From positions 25,234,001 through 25,298,000 of the forward strand of contig NC_092674.1 in the NCBI RefSeq assembly GCF_964355755.1: DNA of 64,000 nucleotides, written 5' to 3'. Below are positions 52,687 through 64,000 of this stretch, piece after piece. This stretch comes from Antedon mediterranea (taxonomy: Eukaryota; Animalia; Echinodermata). The translations under genes and the position numbers were made by a program. Position 1 is the stretch's first letter, and each line of letters begins with the position of its first letter. The notes below the pieces were generated by a model, which did not search any database, was not told where the DNA came from, and worked only from the letters and a program-made list of their open reading frames with translations.

Positions 52687-55600
52687 ATGTTGGCTAAACG
52701 TTTTCCAAACTGTATCCGCCTGGTTATGGGCCTAGCCTTTTCTTCTTTGACGTTTCAATCCGGATTATCAGGTATGATACATAGTGTAATTGGCTTGTTT
52801 TTTGTCATGTCTTTTGTGGAATTATTGGTATACCTTAAGCGGACTTTTTTATTTCATTCTTTATTTTAGTCTTTTGTCCACCTTAATGTTTAATCTTCAT
52901 CATTCCCGAATATTTATAAACTATATTGCTTTATGAAACCATTTACCACATTTACGCAATGTTTACAGTTACACAATATAACAGACGTAATTCGTTGTCA
53001 CTAAATCATCTTAAACCTTTACACTATAATAATAATATTAAAATGTGTTTAGTCATTAATCCTACCTTTACTTAATATTCTGGTTTTCTCACGTCCTCAT
53101 CAAAAACATGCCAAGTATTTATTAACGGTTGGTTTTCAACTACATTTAACACCTTTTTTACAATTATTTTTATGTCTGTTATATTTTAACTTTATATTAG
53201 ACAGTTTCAAAAAATAGTAAGGCACAGGAAAACAGTACGATTGCAGATAGGCATACTGCAATACTTATTTGTTGAATATAATCCACAGGATATACCAATC
53301 CTACGCACACTCACTGTATCGATCAAATATCATTAGTCAATAAACTGTCTTTATGACTGTAAAGAATAATGCCTAGCCATGGAAGAACAGCTTTTTAAAA
53401 ATTAAAATTTACCAGATTGCAAACAGAATCATCCACATTACAATAGACAGAAGTTTACTACATATACTTTAAAGCAAGACAAGTTAAATAACTAAACACT
53501 ACTAACCACCATTGCTTGTAATCACTAAATATTGTTTTTTTATTTTATTTAGATCCATTAGATATAACAGTATATTCTGCAACACCATCTAGTAGTGAGT
53601 TTCGAGGATACGCGCTTAGAGAAGACAGAGACATTCGAGATTTGTCAGTTGGAATACTATACAAGAATATTCCCGGGAAAGACAACGTGACTTGGAATGA
53701 TATTGGTACAGTCAATGATGGAAGTACCATTTTTCCTGCAAATAGTTGGGTTTCATCTCGTTCATGGATGGATCTTTTCACGTATCTAGGTATTGCTAAC
53801 TTACAACCCCAGACAGATAGAGTTGGTGTATTTTCATTTGAAGCAAGGAAAGGTGAAGTAGTCACAAATTCAGCAATTGTATTGCTGTCTAATTCTGGTG
53901 AGTACAATAATGCCATGATGTATCTCATATCATTTTTAAATGGAAATGAAAATGTTTGTAACAGTTGGCACTTTATTGATGGTTTGTTAATACAGCTACT
54001 ATTGTCATGGAGTACAGAACGATAACCGTCGGTATTGGAGAGTCTGTCACTATCAATCTCAGTAAAGGTCTTAACGATTTACGCTGGAGACATAATTACG
54101 GTGATGAAATACACAATCTGAGAGGTAGTACGTCTATTGTGATTGATAACATACGGATGAAAGATGATGGCGTATATGAATGTTTTACAGATGATAGTCC
54201 GGATGGTAGCCATGGTATCATGAGACTTATTGTTAGATGTAAGTCATAATATCACTGTTTTTACAAAGTTATCATTTGACACAAAGAATTTTTTATAAAG
54301 AGCTATAAATTAAACGCCAGATCAAGATTTGTATTATGTAGGCCTACATAAATCCAAACTCATTTTTTGATGCGACTAAATAATAAATTTTTGCAGCTTG
54401 TCCCTCACCAAAATGGAATCCTCCGGATTGTGAAATGGACTGTCCCGTATGTTATAATGGCGGAGTGTGTGATGATAAGACCGGTGTCTGTATTTGCCCA
54501 GCAGGATTTGAAGGCACTTATTGTCTAGAAGGTAATGGCATGCAATGCATGCAGTAGAATAGTTTTGATGCCATACGATATGTTTAAATTCATTATAAAA
54601 AATGTGATTTACGTTAATTGGTGTTCAATAGTCGAAACTTTCACATGTGCTTTGATAAACACTGAAATAACCCCTTATTGTTAAACACCCTGTGATATTG
54701 TCCTCCAGGTACAATTTATGTTAACGACTTGAAATAAAATAATAGGTTTGTGATAACCATACGTAATAGGCCCCTATTGGAATGTATTCCGTTTCTAAGA
54801 TAAGAAAAGATAATAAGATTTATAAACGCATATCCAATCAAGGCTGAATTTATGTATACTGCCTGTTAATAGGCTGTGGAAATAACAACTGGGGTCGTAA
54901 GTGCGAAGTTGTGTGTGGCGGTAACAGATGCGGTGGAGCTTTATTATGTCCCCCGGATCCAGTTGGATGTGCATGCATCAATGGTTTTACTGGGAACGAT
55001 TGTAGAACAGGTTTGTAGCATGTAATTATAGTTACCACCTACAGTGGTAAGTTCGTCCACTCATTTTAGCTTACCTTCGTTTACTTTTTTTTTTCTTTTT
55101 TTCAAAAGTTATTCTCCCAACTATTTCTGCCATTGTTATTGTCCTTTTGACTTTGTGTTTTATAACCTTTTTAAAAATAAATTCTAACCTTTTATTTTGT
55201 AGGCCTATTTTTAACGCAACCACGATAATTGTTATTTAATTTTTTTATTTTTGTTGAAAAGCGATCTACAAATTAATCTTAATATTATGCAAATCTTTTC
55301 TCTACATTCATAACGTACAAACAAATGTGCTGTTACTATTTGAAATGGTGATTCTCTTGCGCATTAGGCCTATATGTCACAGTGAAATAAATTCATTAAA
55401 TTGAGTACACTCAATCTATCTAAATGTTTATGCATATGCCTATACATTTTATATGGGGATACAGTCGTTTTTTAAAGTTATACATGAAATTTTAAAAGTA
55501 ATCTAGAAAAGAACCCCATTTTGAAAAGAACCCCATCTTGATCATGGGCTTCTTTTCGAGGTGTTATGGTTTTACGGTATGACTTAGAAATCGCAACTGT

Positions 55601-58600
55601 GTACAGAGAACTATGCCTAATTCCTATTATCGATTCGATTGTTGTTGTTGTTGTTATTATTAGTAGACCAGGCCAAATTTTAGTTGTTGTTATTTGGCTA
55701 AAAATCAAAATAATGTTTCAATGGAATCATTTACTTCTTCTATGTTTTAACCTATTATGTTTTTAAGCGTGTACGGATTTATACCCAGACTCCGATGCCC
55801 CAGATGAGGATTTATACTATGGAGCAGATTGTCGGCAAAAATGTAACTGTGCCAATGACGATTGTAATCGAGGTATAAGCGATTCAGATATAAACATAGG
55901 ATGTGCTTCAACGTCAACATGTTCGTCTGGTTTCACTGGAGAAAAATGTCTAGGTAGTATGATAAGATTAAGTCTTATATAAGTATATAATGCATTGACT
56001 GTATGCTAATTATCTATGTGTTTAAAAAAAAAACATAGAAATAGTTCATTACTGACATACCCATGTAACCAATGTCTTAAATACACCGACTATCGGTCAA
56101 TAATAATTGCAAACACTTCGAAACTGTAAAGTAGTTAATATAATACCAATTATGCTCTGTTTATAAAGAGCCTACGTCATGTCAGTCTGGAATGTTTGGT
56201 GTTTTGTGTAACTTTCCATGTCACTGCAAAGACTCTGAAGATTGTAATCGAGATGGGAGTTGCGATAATGGATGTCACGAGGCTTGGACTGGAACAAACT
56301 GCAGCATAGGTAACACGCTAAATTAAGATAACCAAACAAAAAATACGTTCTACAATTAAAGCATCTACAAGAAAGCGACCAACTACACACATTTTCAATA
56401 TCAAAATTATTTAAAAAGAAACAATTGTTAACCCAATTGCACTTGCTGGTCCATCAACCTCAATATCACCAACCATCCTTGAAAAAAGACAGTATAATTA
56501 TATGTGAATGTAAAATGTATCATAACTTACTGTTATTAGTAGGCATAATGGTGCCCTTTCACTGTAAGCGTATATGTAAGGTGATACGATAGCAGAGAAT
56601 TGACATTATTGTTAAATATGTAATCATGATGCTTTTCATTTCTTTAATAATTAGCATTACCATACCTATCTGAACCGCCGACTGTTGTAAACCAGACAGC
56701 CACTACTCTAACGTTTGACGTCACTTGGATTCTTGGTGAAAACTATGGAACAGGAAGAATTACAAAACGGAAGCTTTCGTATAAATCATCGCAAATGGAT
56801 TTTATAACAGAAGAACAAGATAATAGTTTAATTGTTATTGATGATCTCATTCCAAATACAGAATATCAATTCTATTCTTATTTTTCGAGGATGGTTGGTG
56901 GTATTGAGGTTGATGGACCAGAAAGTACAATTGGGTTAACAAATACCATATGTACAAGTAAGCTAATATTACAGCATTGTTAAAATCATTTAAGTAAACT
57001 ACACAAAACTGACGCGTACAATAATCACCTAAGCAATTAGCAATTTCACGAAAATAATATTTATTTAATAAAGTAAAGATTAGAAATTGGCTTGATACAA
57101 CGTCAGACATTCTACCACATGACACCAGTGTCATGGGAACAATGTCAAATGTGAGGCGGTACTCTAACATTTAACGAAGATTATTCTGGACAAGTTTTTA
57201 CTCATCAGGATTGTTGGCCAATTGGTTGATACTGGACTATTTAAAATAATACACAATTTGTCTAAATAAGAAAGAAATTCCGAAATTGTATAAGAACAAT
57301 ACAGTAGTCTAGAGCATATTTCCTATGGATTTCAGTTCGTTTTTTTTTTTCGTATATTGTTTCTATTTTCTCAGTATTAAGCAAGTTGTATTACTTATAT
57401 CTCTTATAGAACCATTGGATGAACCTGAGATTGAATTGAAATCCATTGATGACAATCAGGCCACCTTGAGTTTAAAGGTATTTCAAAATATCTAGATTTA
57501 TTTTATATTGCAATAAATTGGGTTTCGTTTCTATGTTTTATAGAAATGTTTTGTAATGGCGGTTTAAATTGCATTATTTTAAATCAATATGACATTTTGC
57601 CCGTTCTACCTTTAATATTATATATTTATTTATATAATTTATTATATATTATTTTTAGTCGGTTTCTAGTGAGTATGATCGAATTCAATGTAACTATATT
57701 CTTCGATATCAAGTGCAATACTCGGACATAGATGGAAATGTACAAGATGTAATCAATACAACAAGTTCTCAATTACAAATTAAACTATCAGGATTATCAA
57801 GTTGTACTGCTTATGTCGTCAACGCTCGAGTTGTTAATAATTTAGACATTGCTGGTGATTGGGGACAAGACATAACAATACAAACAGCACCATCAGGTAA
57901 CTAAAATAACATAATCTTATTTTTTTGAAAGAATTTCATTTAGCTTCGATTTTGTATAGATGACAAATTTCGTTTTTGTAAAAGCACAAGTTAACGGAGT
58001 ACTTACTCGAACGTTTCGATCTCTATCAGAGATCCTTCTCAACTGACTGCGGAGTGTTAATGCAGCTTGGTCATTCTTGACGTCATCTGTTGACCACCTT
58101 CAAATTTAACCCCCAAAGAACGAAAGGCCATAAACAACTTGAAGAAAGATAAATCTATTCTTATTCTCCCAGCGGATAAAGGTAGATCTACTGTCATCCT
58201 AAATACTAATGATTACAAAGATAAAGTGGGAACCATGGTGAGCGACACTAATGTTTACGAACTGCTAAAACGTAATCCAACACAAAACTATAAACGAAAA
58301 GTGGTCAACATCATAGGCAGGTTGTTCAAAGAAAAGAAAATCAACTACAGAGAGAAAGAATGGCTGTTTCCCACGGCTGAAATTGTACCTAGGTTGTATT
58401 GTCTTCCGAAGATACATAAACCAAATTGGCCATTAAGACCTATAGTAGATAACATCAACACCGTTTTTTACACCGTTGCACAATTCCTCACCAAAATCCT
58501 GGGTCCGCTTGTCGGAAACACAGAACATCATGTAACTTACTCAGGAGAGTTGGCGAGTGAACTAAAAGAAATAATAGTCAAACCAAGTGAAACATTTGTC

Positions 58601-61600
58601 TCGTTTGACGTAGTATCTCTGTTTACAAAAACACCAGTAGAAGAGGCCCTCAAAGTTGTCGAAAATCGCCTAACAACAGATCCGACACTTCTGGATAGAA
58701 CTAAACTACATGTGACAGACATAATGGAGCTCCTCGGTTTAATTGTGAACAAAACCTATTTCTCGTTCAATGGTAACATTTATAGGCAAATACAAGGCAT
58801 TGCTATGGGAAGCCCAATAAGTCCTATATTGGCGAACTTGTATCTAGAGTGGCTCGAACATCAAGCCATAAACACGGCACCCACTAACATCAAGCCTGTG
58901 TATTGGAAACGATACGTTGATGATGTATTAGCTATCATCCCCATAGGTACAGTACATACATTTAACACACATCTTAATAACATCGATATAACTGACAATA
59001 TCAAGTTCACCACAGAATCGATGACAAACAACACAATACCTTTCCTGGACATGCTCATCACACTCAATGACAATGGAACAGTTACCACCTCAGTCTATCG
59101 GAAGCCCACTCACACAGACCAATATTTACATTTCAACTCACATCATCCACTCGAACACAAACTGGGGCTTATAAACACGCTTGTGGACAGAGCTGAGAAG
59201 GTAGTGGGAGATATGGATTTGAGGAAAGTTGAGATGGATAACATCAAGAAAGCGTTACACAACTGCCAGTATCCAGAGTGGTCCTTCCAGAGAGTTATGG
59301 AAAACCGAAAAAGGAAAAAGAACAAAGGACACGAACCACAGAAGGAAAAGATCAAGATGCGAGGTAGCATAGGAATCCCCTATGTAAAAGGAATGGCAGA
59401 AAGAATACGACGCACTCTCTCCTATCACAATGTCGGAACCTATTTCCTACCCCAAAATAAAATCAAGAATAGCCTCGTCCACCCAAAAGATAAAATCGAG
59501 AAGATGGATACATGTGGAGTAATCTACGAAGTCACCTGCCGCAACTGTCCACAAGTTTACATTGGGGAAACAGGGAGGGCATTACAAACACGAATCAATG
59601 ATCACAAAAAAGATGTTACAACAAACACGGGGGGAGTAATGACTAGGGCCTCCAGAACATCCACATCTTCGATCATACACAAATCTGCCATTACAGAACA
59701 TGTCATAAAACACAATCATGTACCGAACTGGGAGGCTACCATCTTAACCAAAGAGCCTAAACGCAAAGACAGACAGATTAGAGAATCATTACATATAAGG
59801 AGAAATAAAGAGAAGACCATGAACCGGGACACTGGAGCCCACGAACTCTCGCATTTGTACAATGATTTGATAGACACATCACCTGGCCGAGCCCCGCACA
59901 ACCTCCAACCTACAACCGGAGGCGTACAACGTCATCAACAGATGACGTCAAGAATGACCAAGCTGCATTAACACTCCGCAGTCAGTTGAGAAGGATCTCT
60001 GATAGAGATCGAAACGTTCGAGTAAGTACTCCGTTAACTTGTGCTTTTACAAAAACGAAATTTGTCATCTATATAATCTTATTTATTTATATAACATCTT
60101 TATATAGGATTACATAATCAGGTAAAAGAAAACCAGTTTTTCATTGTGATACTGTCTTAAATGCAAAATAAATCAAGGGAAAATGTTTAGTTTTGTGAAA
60201 AAAAAAGATGAGCTTGATATCTAGCTTTGAATGAAAAAGTATTGTTAGGGAATATTTAATTTCAGTTGGTAGGTTTTTCCATATTTTACCGCCTGCAACT
60301 TTGAATGACAAGTTCATTTTATTAGTAAATACAAAAGAAAACTTAAACTAAATGAACCCTACAACTGTACATAAACATTTTATCACTATAGAAAATAGAA
60401 ATACTCTATGCAAAGCTTAATAATGCATATGAAATACTTCTCCATTCATAATCAATTTTGGTGTCAAAGGCATTCCGTAGATTGGCATTTGGAAACAAGA
60501 ACTATAGTGTACTACACTCATTAAAAAGGTTCAAATATAAAAATATTTCAGTATGGTGTAAAAATATATCTCTAATCCTACCTCTATCCTAATCAGCTAA
60601 TTTTTCTGGCTGTTTTATTTTTATCGTTTTTATTTTTCTTTTTGCTTATTTAATTTGAATCCAGTTAAGATAAAGTCACTGATACCTACAGAATTTGTTC
60701 AGTAATTTGCCTTTAGATTTATATATTATTATATATTATATAAGTCAAAGTCAAAGTTAGAATATAGTATAAGTATAAAAATATTTACATTATTTATTAC
60801 ATTTTACACATTGTTATTTGTGTTGCAACACCAGAGCCGTCGATAGAAAGTAATCCATTCAGAAATGGAACACATTTACAGATGACATGGAAAGCTTCTA
60901 CGTGTGACATAACCGATTATAATGTGACCTACCATTACGAACTGTCAGATGATGGAATATTTCAGCAAGGGATTACAACAGAAACTGAAGTTGTATTTGG
61001 AGGAATAGAGTCATGTAAAGAATATCTATTCACAGTAATGGCGTCATATTTGAATGTTACTGGGACATCTGACACAATACAAATTATGGTTGAATCCGGT
61101 TGTGACAACCCTAGCAACTCGGACCAGAAAGAGGAAGAAGGTTTGCAAAATAAAAAATGTTCTTCCTTGTTTTTCTTTTGGTATCTACTTAGTATAAGTT
61201 CTTAAAAGAAAGACAAATATCTTATCTCAATGAAGATAACATAGTGTGATTGCTTAAAGAAAAGATTGGTGTTTCTATATTCTACTATTAACAAAACAAA
61301 TGTTGAGGTAAAAATGTAAAACAATTCTCGTTTGCAATAATTGTAGGCTCTATTCATTCATAGATCTTAGCCCAACTCGTATGGTGGTCACTACATTCCT
61401 ACAATATAATACATTGCTGCATAGTCTATGTTCTCATTTCCCTGATCTAGCTGTCATGTTGACAAACTTTCAGCTTATATTATATTTTATTTGGTTATAC
61501 CCTTATATTTAAAAAATTACTATTACTGTCATGGATATAGGCCTGATTAAGTTGTTTACTAACAGCATCGAAGAGTTTACCACTAACAGTATCCGCATTA

Positions 61601-63521
61601 CTTCTATTATTATTGAATAATAAATGGAATACGTATCTGTAATTTCAGAATCTGGATCACCAATAGGTGTTATAATTGGCTGCCTGGTTCCTGCATTGTT
61701 GGTACTCGTTCTTGTGCTAATAGTAATTAAACGGTAATATGTGTTTGATATAAATTAGCATTAGGTTTTTCATATATAATAATATGATTGGTGTTTTTAT
61801 TGTTCAGTCTTCTTTTTACGATCTCAGACAGAATCAATATTGAATTAGCGTCTCTTTTTTTAGGCGTAGAAGCAACAAAGGTAATCCTACTGGTTTATCA
61901 AGCCATGCCGTGTCCATCGGTGGTGTGTCTCGTAAAACAAAACAAGAGCAAGATATTGGAGGTAAGTTACTGATTGTAGAGGGACGAGGGAAGTAGGATT
62001 CAAGTAAGTAGTATACAGTATTCATGTATAGGCCAAAGTTGATAGTATTCTTTCTATAAAGAGAACTTACTTTTTAATACATATGATTTTATTCACTCGT
62101 AATATGGCCTCCTTTACGTATAAAGACAGTGCTTTTGAGGAAGTAAGGGGTGCCTATGATAACGTGGGGGGTGCCAGAAACTCTTCAAAGAAATCAGTAC
62201 ACGCTGAAGCTGATGCCGAATATCAACCTGATTTTGATATTGACCAGGAACCCATGTATGGCAACACGCAATTGGAAAATCAAGAATACAAACCAATCGA
62301 GTTATCCAAACTGCATGACTATGTGATGAAGCGTCAAATAAGTGTCGAAAGTGGCTTTGAGAAAGAGTTTGAGGTGCGTTAAAAAGCATTATATTGGTAT
62401 TTACACTCTAACTATAATTAATATTAATCAGTTTAAAACAAAAAATACTTTTCAAACTGCTTGAATTGACACAGGTATAATATATTGTTAGTGCATGTAT
62501 TAAATCCAGGATTCCAGGACAAAAAAAATAATGTTTCCTCATTTCCTTCTTTCGTCGCACAAGCCTTTATCTGCGTTAAACCATTACTTTAACCGTGAAC
62601 ACTTACTCCGTCAGTTTAAGCACGTTTCTTTTTTATATCTAAAGGATCTTGGCAACAAGCCCTTATTCCCCAGCACAGTCGCAAAGTCATCAATAAATAG
62701 GAAGAAAAATCGATATGCGAACGTAATTCCATGTAAGTTAATAATATTTTTTTTTTTGTATCATATATACTATTTATAGTTAATGCATTAATTTTTGGAA
62801 AGATATGTCTTTCTAAAAAGTGTAGTAAAAAGAAGTAATAATGCTTGATTTCATGTACATCTAAATTCCATGCTGAACCTTTTTCCTAAAGTTATTGCTT
62901 AATGAATTAATATTTTAATTCAATTTAGATGACAACACCCGTGTGGTTCTTGACAAGATTGAAAATGTCCCAGGATCCGATTACATTAATGCTTCGTATC
63001 TAGATGTAAGTTAAAAAATGTGCATACCTTTATGTTGAAATGATCAAATTATTAATACAAAAAAATGCTGTTCTGCAAAGAGTATGGTTGAAAGGAAGTC
63101 ATGGCTCTCGGTAGGGAATTCAGTACGAAGAGGGTTACACGACCAGACATAATTATAATTAATAAGAAGCTAATTTACGACAACGTTTAAATATTATTTT
63201 TGTAGTTATGATATCCTATTACTATAATGTTTAATACTTGTTCGTGTAATGGATAAAAGCTGTTTAAAAATATGAAGTTGTACTTTTTCAGGGATATACA
63301 ATACCACGTGAGTTTATCGCATGCCAAGGTAAGCTTTAATTCATATATTACAAATGTATTATCCTTCTTAGTAGAATTTTCCTTGGTGTTTGTATTGTTT
63401 AACTTATTATTTTTAATTTCCAGGACCAAATGTGGCTTCAGTCAACGATATGTGGAGAATGGTCTGGAAAGAGAAGTGTCGAGTGATTGTCGTAGTTACG
63501 AATCTTGTTGAAGGAAACCGA
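52687..63521 (+). CDS. Receptor paralog D: receptor-type protein tyrosine phosphatase with Ig/EGF/FN3 (Tie-like) ectodomain; continues beyond the window
   Basis: Exons at about 52687-52771, 53553-53897, 53996-54238, 54397-54531, 54873-55010, 55768-55953, 56169-56309, 56655-56957, 57410-57477, 57659-57896, 60835-61140, 61649-61733 (TM IGVIIGCLVPALLVLVLVLIVIKR), 61864-61961, 62126-62373 (..GFEKEFE), 62645-62732 (NRKKNRYANVIP), 62929-63005 (YDNTRVVL..GSDYINASY), 63292-63328 (FIACQ) and 63424-63521 (GP..DMWRMVW...IVVVTNLVE). These are the N-terminal classical PTP motifs; WPD and HCSAG would lie downstream. Confidence 0.9.
57923..60073 (+). mobile_element. Penelope-like retroelement with inverted pseudo-LTRs, in an intron of paralog D
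   Basis: 139-bp inverted repeat at 57955-58093 and 59935-60073; ATAATCTTATTT duplicated at 57911-57922 and 60073-60084 (TSD-like); contains an RT plus GIY-YIG ORF. Confidence 0.93.
58139..59971 (+). CDS. Penelope-type RT plus GIY-YIG endonuclease (5'-truncated, open)
   Basis: ADKG, LPKIHK..PLRPIV, SFDVVSLFT, MGSPISP, RYVDD, PFLD, VYRKPTHT, GVIYEVTC..C..VYIGETGR, RES.HI. Confidence 0.93.
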   Translation: MKKDKSILILPADKGRSTVILNTNDYKDKVGTMVSDTNVYELLKRNPTQNYKRKVVNIIGRLFKEKKINYREKEWLFPTAEIVPRLYCLPKIHKPNWPLRPIVDNINTVFYTVAQFLTKILGPLVGNTEHHVTYSGELASELKEIIVKPSETFVSFDVVSLFTKTPVEEALKVVENRLTTDPTLLDRTKLHVTDIMELLGLIVNKTYFSFNGNIYRQIQGIAMGSPISPILANLYLEWLEHQAINTAPTNIKPVYWKRYVDDVLAIIPIGTVHTFNTHLNNIDITDNIKFTTESMTNNTIPFLDMLITLNDNGTVTTSVYRKPTHTDQYLHFNSHHPLEHKLGLINTLVDRAEKVVGDMDLRKVEMDNIKKALHNCQYPEWSFQRVMENRKRKKNKGHEPQKEKIKMRGSIGIPYVKGMAERIRRTLSYHNVGTYFLPQNKIKNSLVHPKDKIEKMDTCGVIYEVTCRNCPQVYIGETGRALQTRINDHKKDVTTNTGGVMTRASRTSTSSIIHKSAITEHVIKHNHVPNWEATILTKEPKRKDRQIRESLHIRRNKEKTMNRDTGAHELSHLYNDLIDTSPGRAPHNLQPTTGGVQRHQQMTSRMTKLH

Positions 63522-64000
63522 GTAAGGCCTACTATCGTTTTCTAGTATTTGACAGTGCGAAGGTGTCAGTGATAAAAAAGTGTTTTACTGAATACTATAA
63601 AACAATCCATATATTTGCTTGAACAAAGGTTAATATTGTTATTTCTGGCATGTCAGTAAAATGAAAAATGTGTGTCCTTACAGTATAACCCAATTTGTTT
63701 GTTTGTGTAAGTTCCGTATAATTATATGTGGTTAGCTAAATAAAACACACACATATTATTAGAGAGGTTTCGCAATCTTACGAATACGATAACGAAAACG
63801 GATACGTCACGCACACGTATTCGTTTTCGTAAGCCATAAAACAATCTGTTTCGCATGGCAACGAAATATTGAGGCGCGTCCAAAATATGACTGCGGTAAA
63901 TTTGAGCGAAGCGCAGGTACGTGTTGCTTTGTGCTTGGCTGCCTAGGCCTAGCGTAACATCAAAGCGAGTGAGGACTTTAAAAACTATCAAAATTGACTT

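Noticed and set aside
52687-63521. Calling the receptors Tie1/Tie2 kinases, MEGF10 or a named PTPR orthologue
   Set aside because: The ectodomain is Tie-like but no kinase motifs appear and the intracellular part is a PTP. Orthology cannot be assigned by eye, so no gene symbol is given.
63755-64000. GC-richer segment at the window end that may start another DNA-transposon/MITE insertion in the PTP intron
   Set aside because: The other terminus is outside the window, so it cannot be supported.

Overview
AT-rich animal genomic DNA; the many GT-AG introns and abundant TAGGCCT suggest a marine invertebrate, possibly an echinoderm (inference only). The backbone is a head-to-tail array of four paralogous single-pass receptor genes on the + strand. 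They share the same exon layout: signal peptide, variable N-terminal domain, Ig-like domain, four Cys-rich EGF/laminin-EGF exons, three FN3 domains and a TM exon, i.e. a Tie-like ectodomain. Their cytoplasmic ends differ. Copy A (partial, <1-4879) has a short tail with a canonical ITAM-spaced motif. Copy B (16025-24415) looks intact but is tailless. Copy C (44052-50504) is a frameshifted pseudogene that still carries the ITAM-type tail behind a stop. Copy D (52687->63521) continues into a classical protein-tyrosine-phosphatase domain. This resembles an invertebrate paired activating/decoy/inhibitory receptor cluster. Transposons fill the introns and spacers: a Harbinger containing a Helentron-type non-autonomous element containing a LINE; an intact young Ty3/Gypsy with apparently identical LTRs and an HHDD RT motif, inserted in a tRNA-Val-carrying Helentron-type element; a Rex1/Babar LINE; an Academ/XPG fragment; a non-autonomous Helitron; a Penelope-like element with inverted pseudo-LTRs; MITEs and minisatellites. 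All coordinates were read by eye and no database searches were run.
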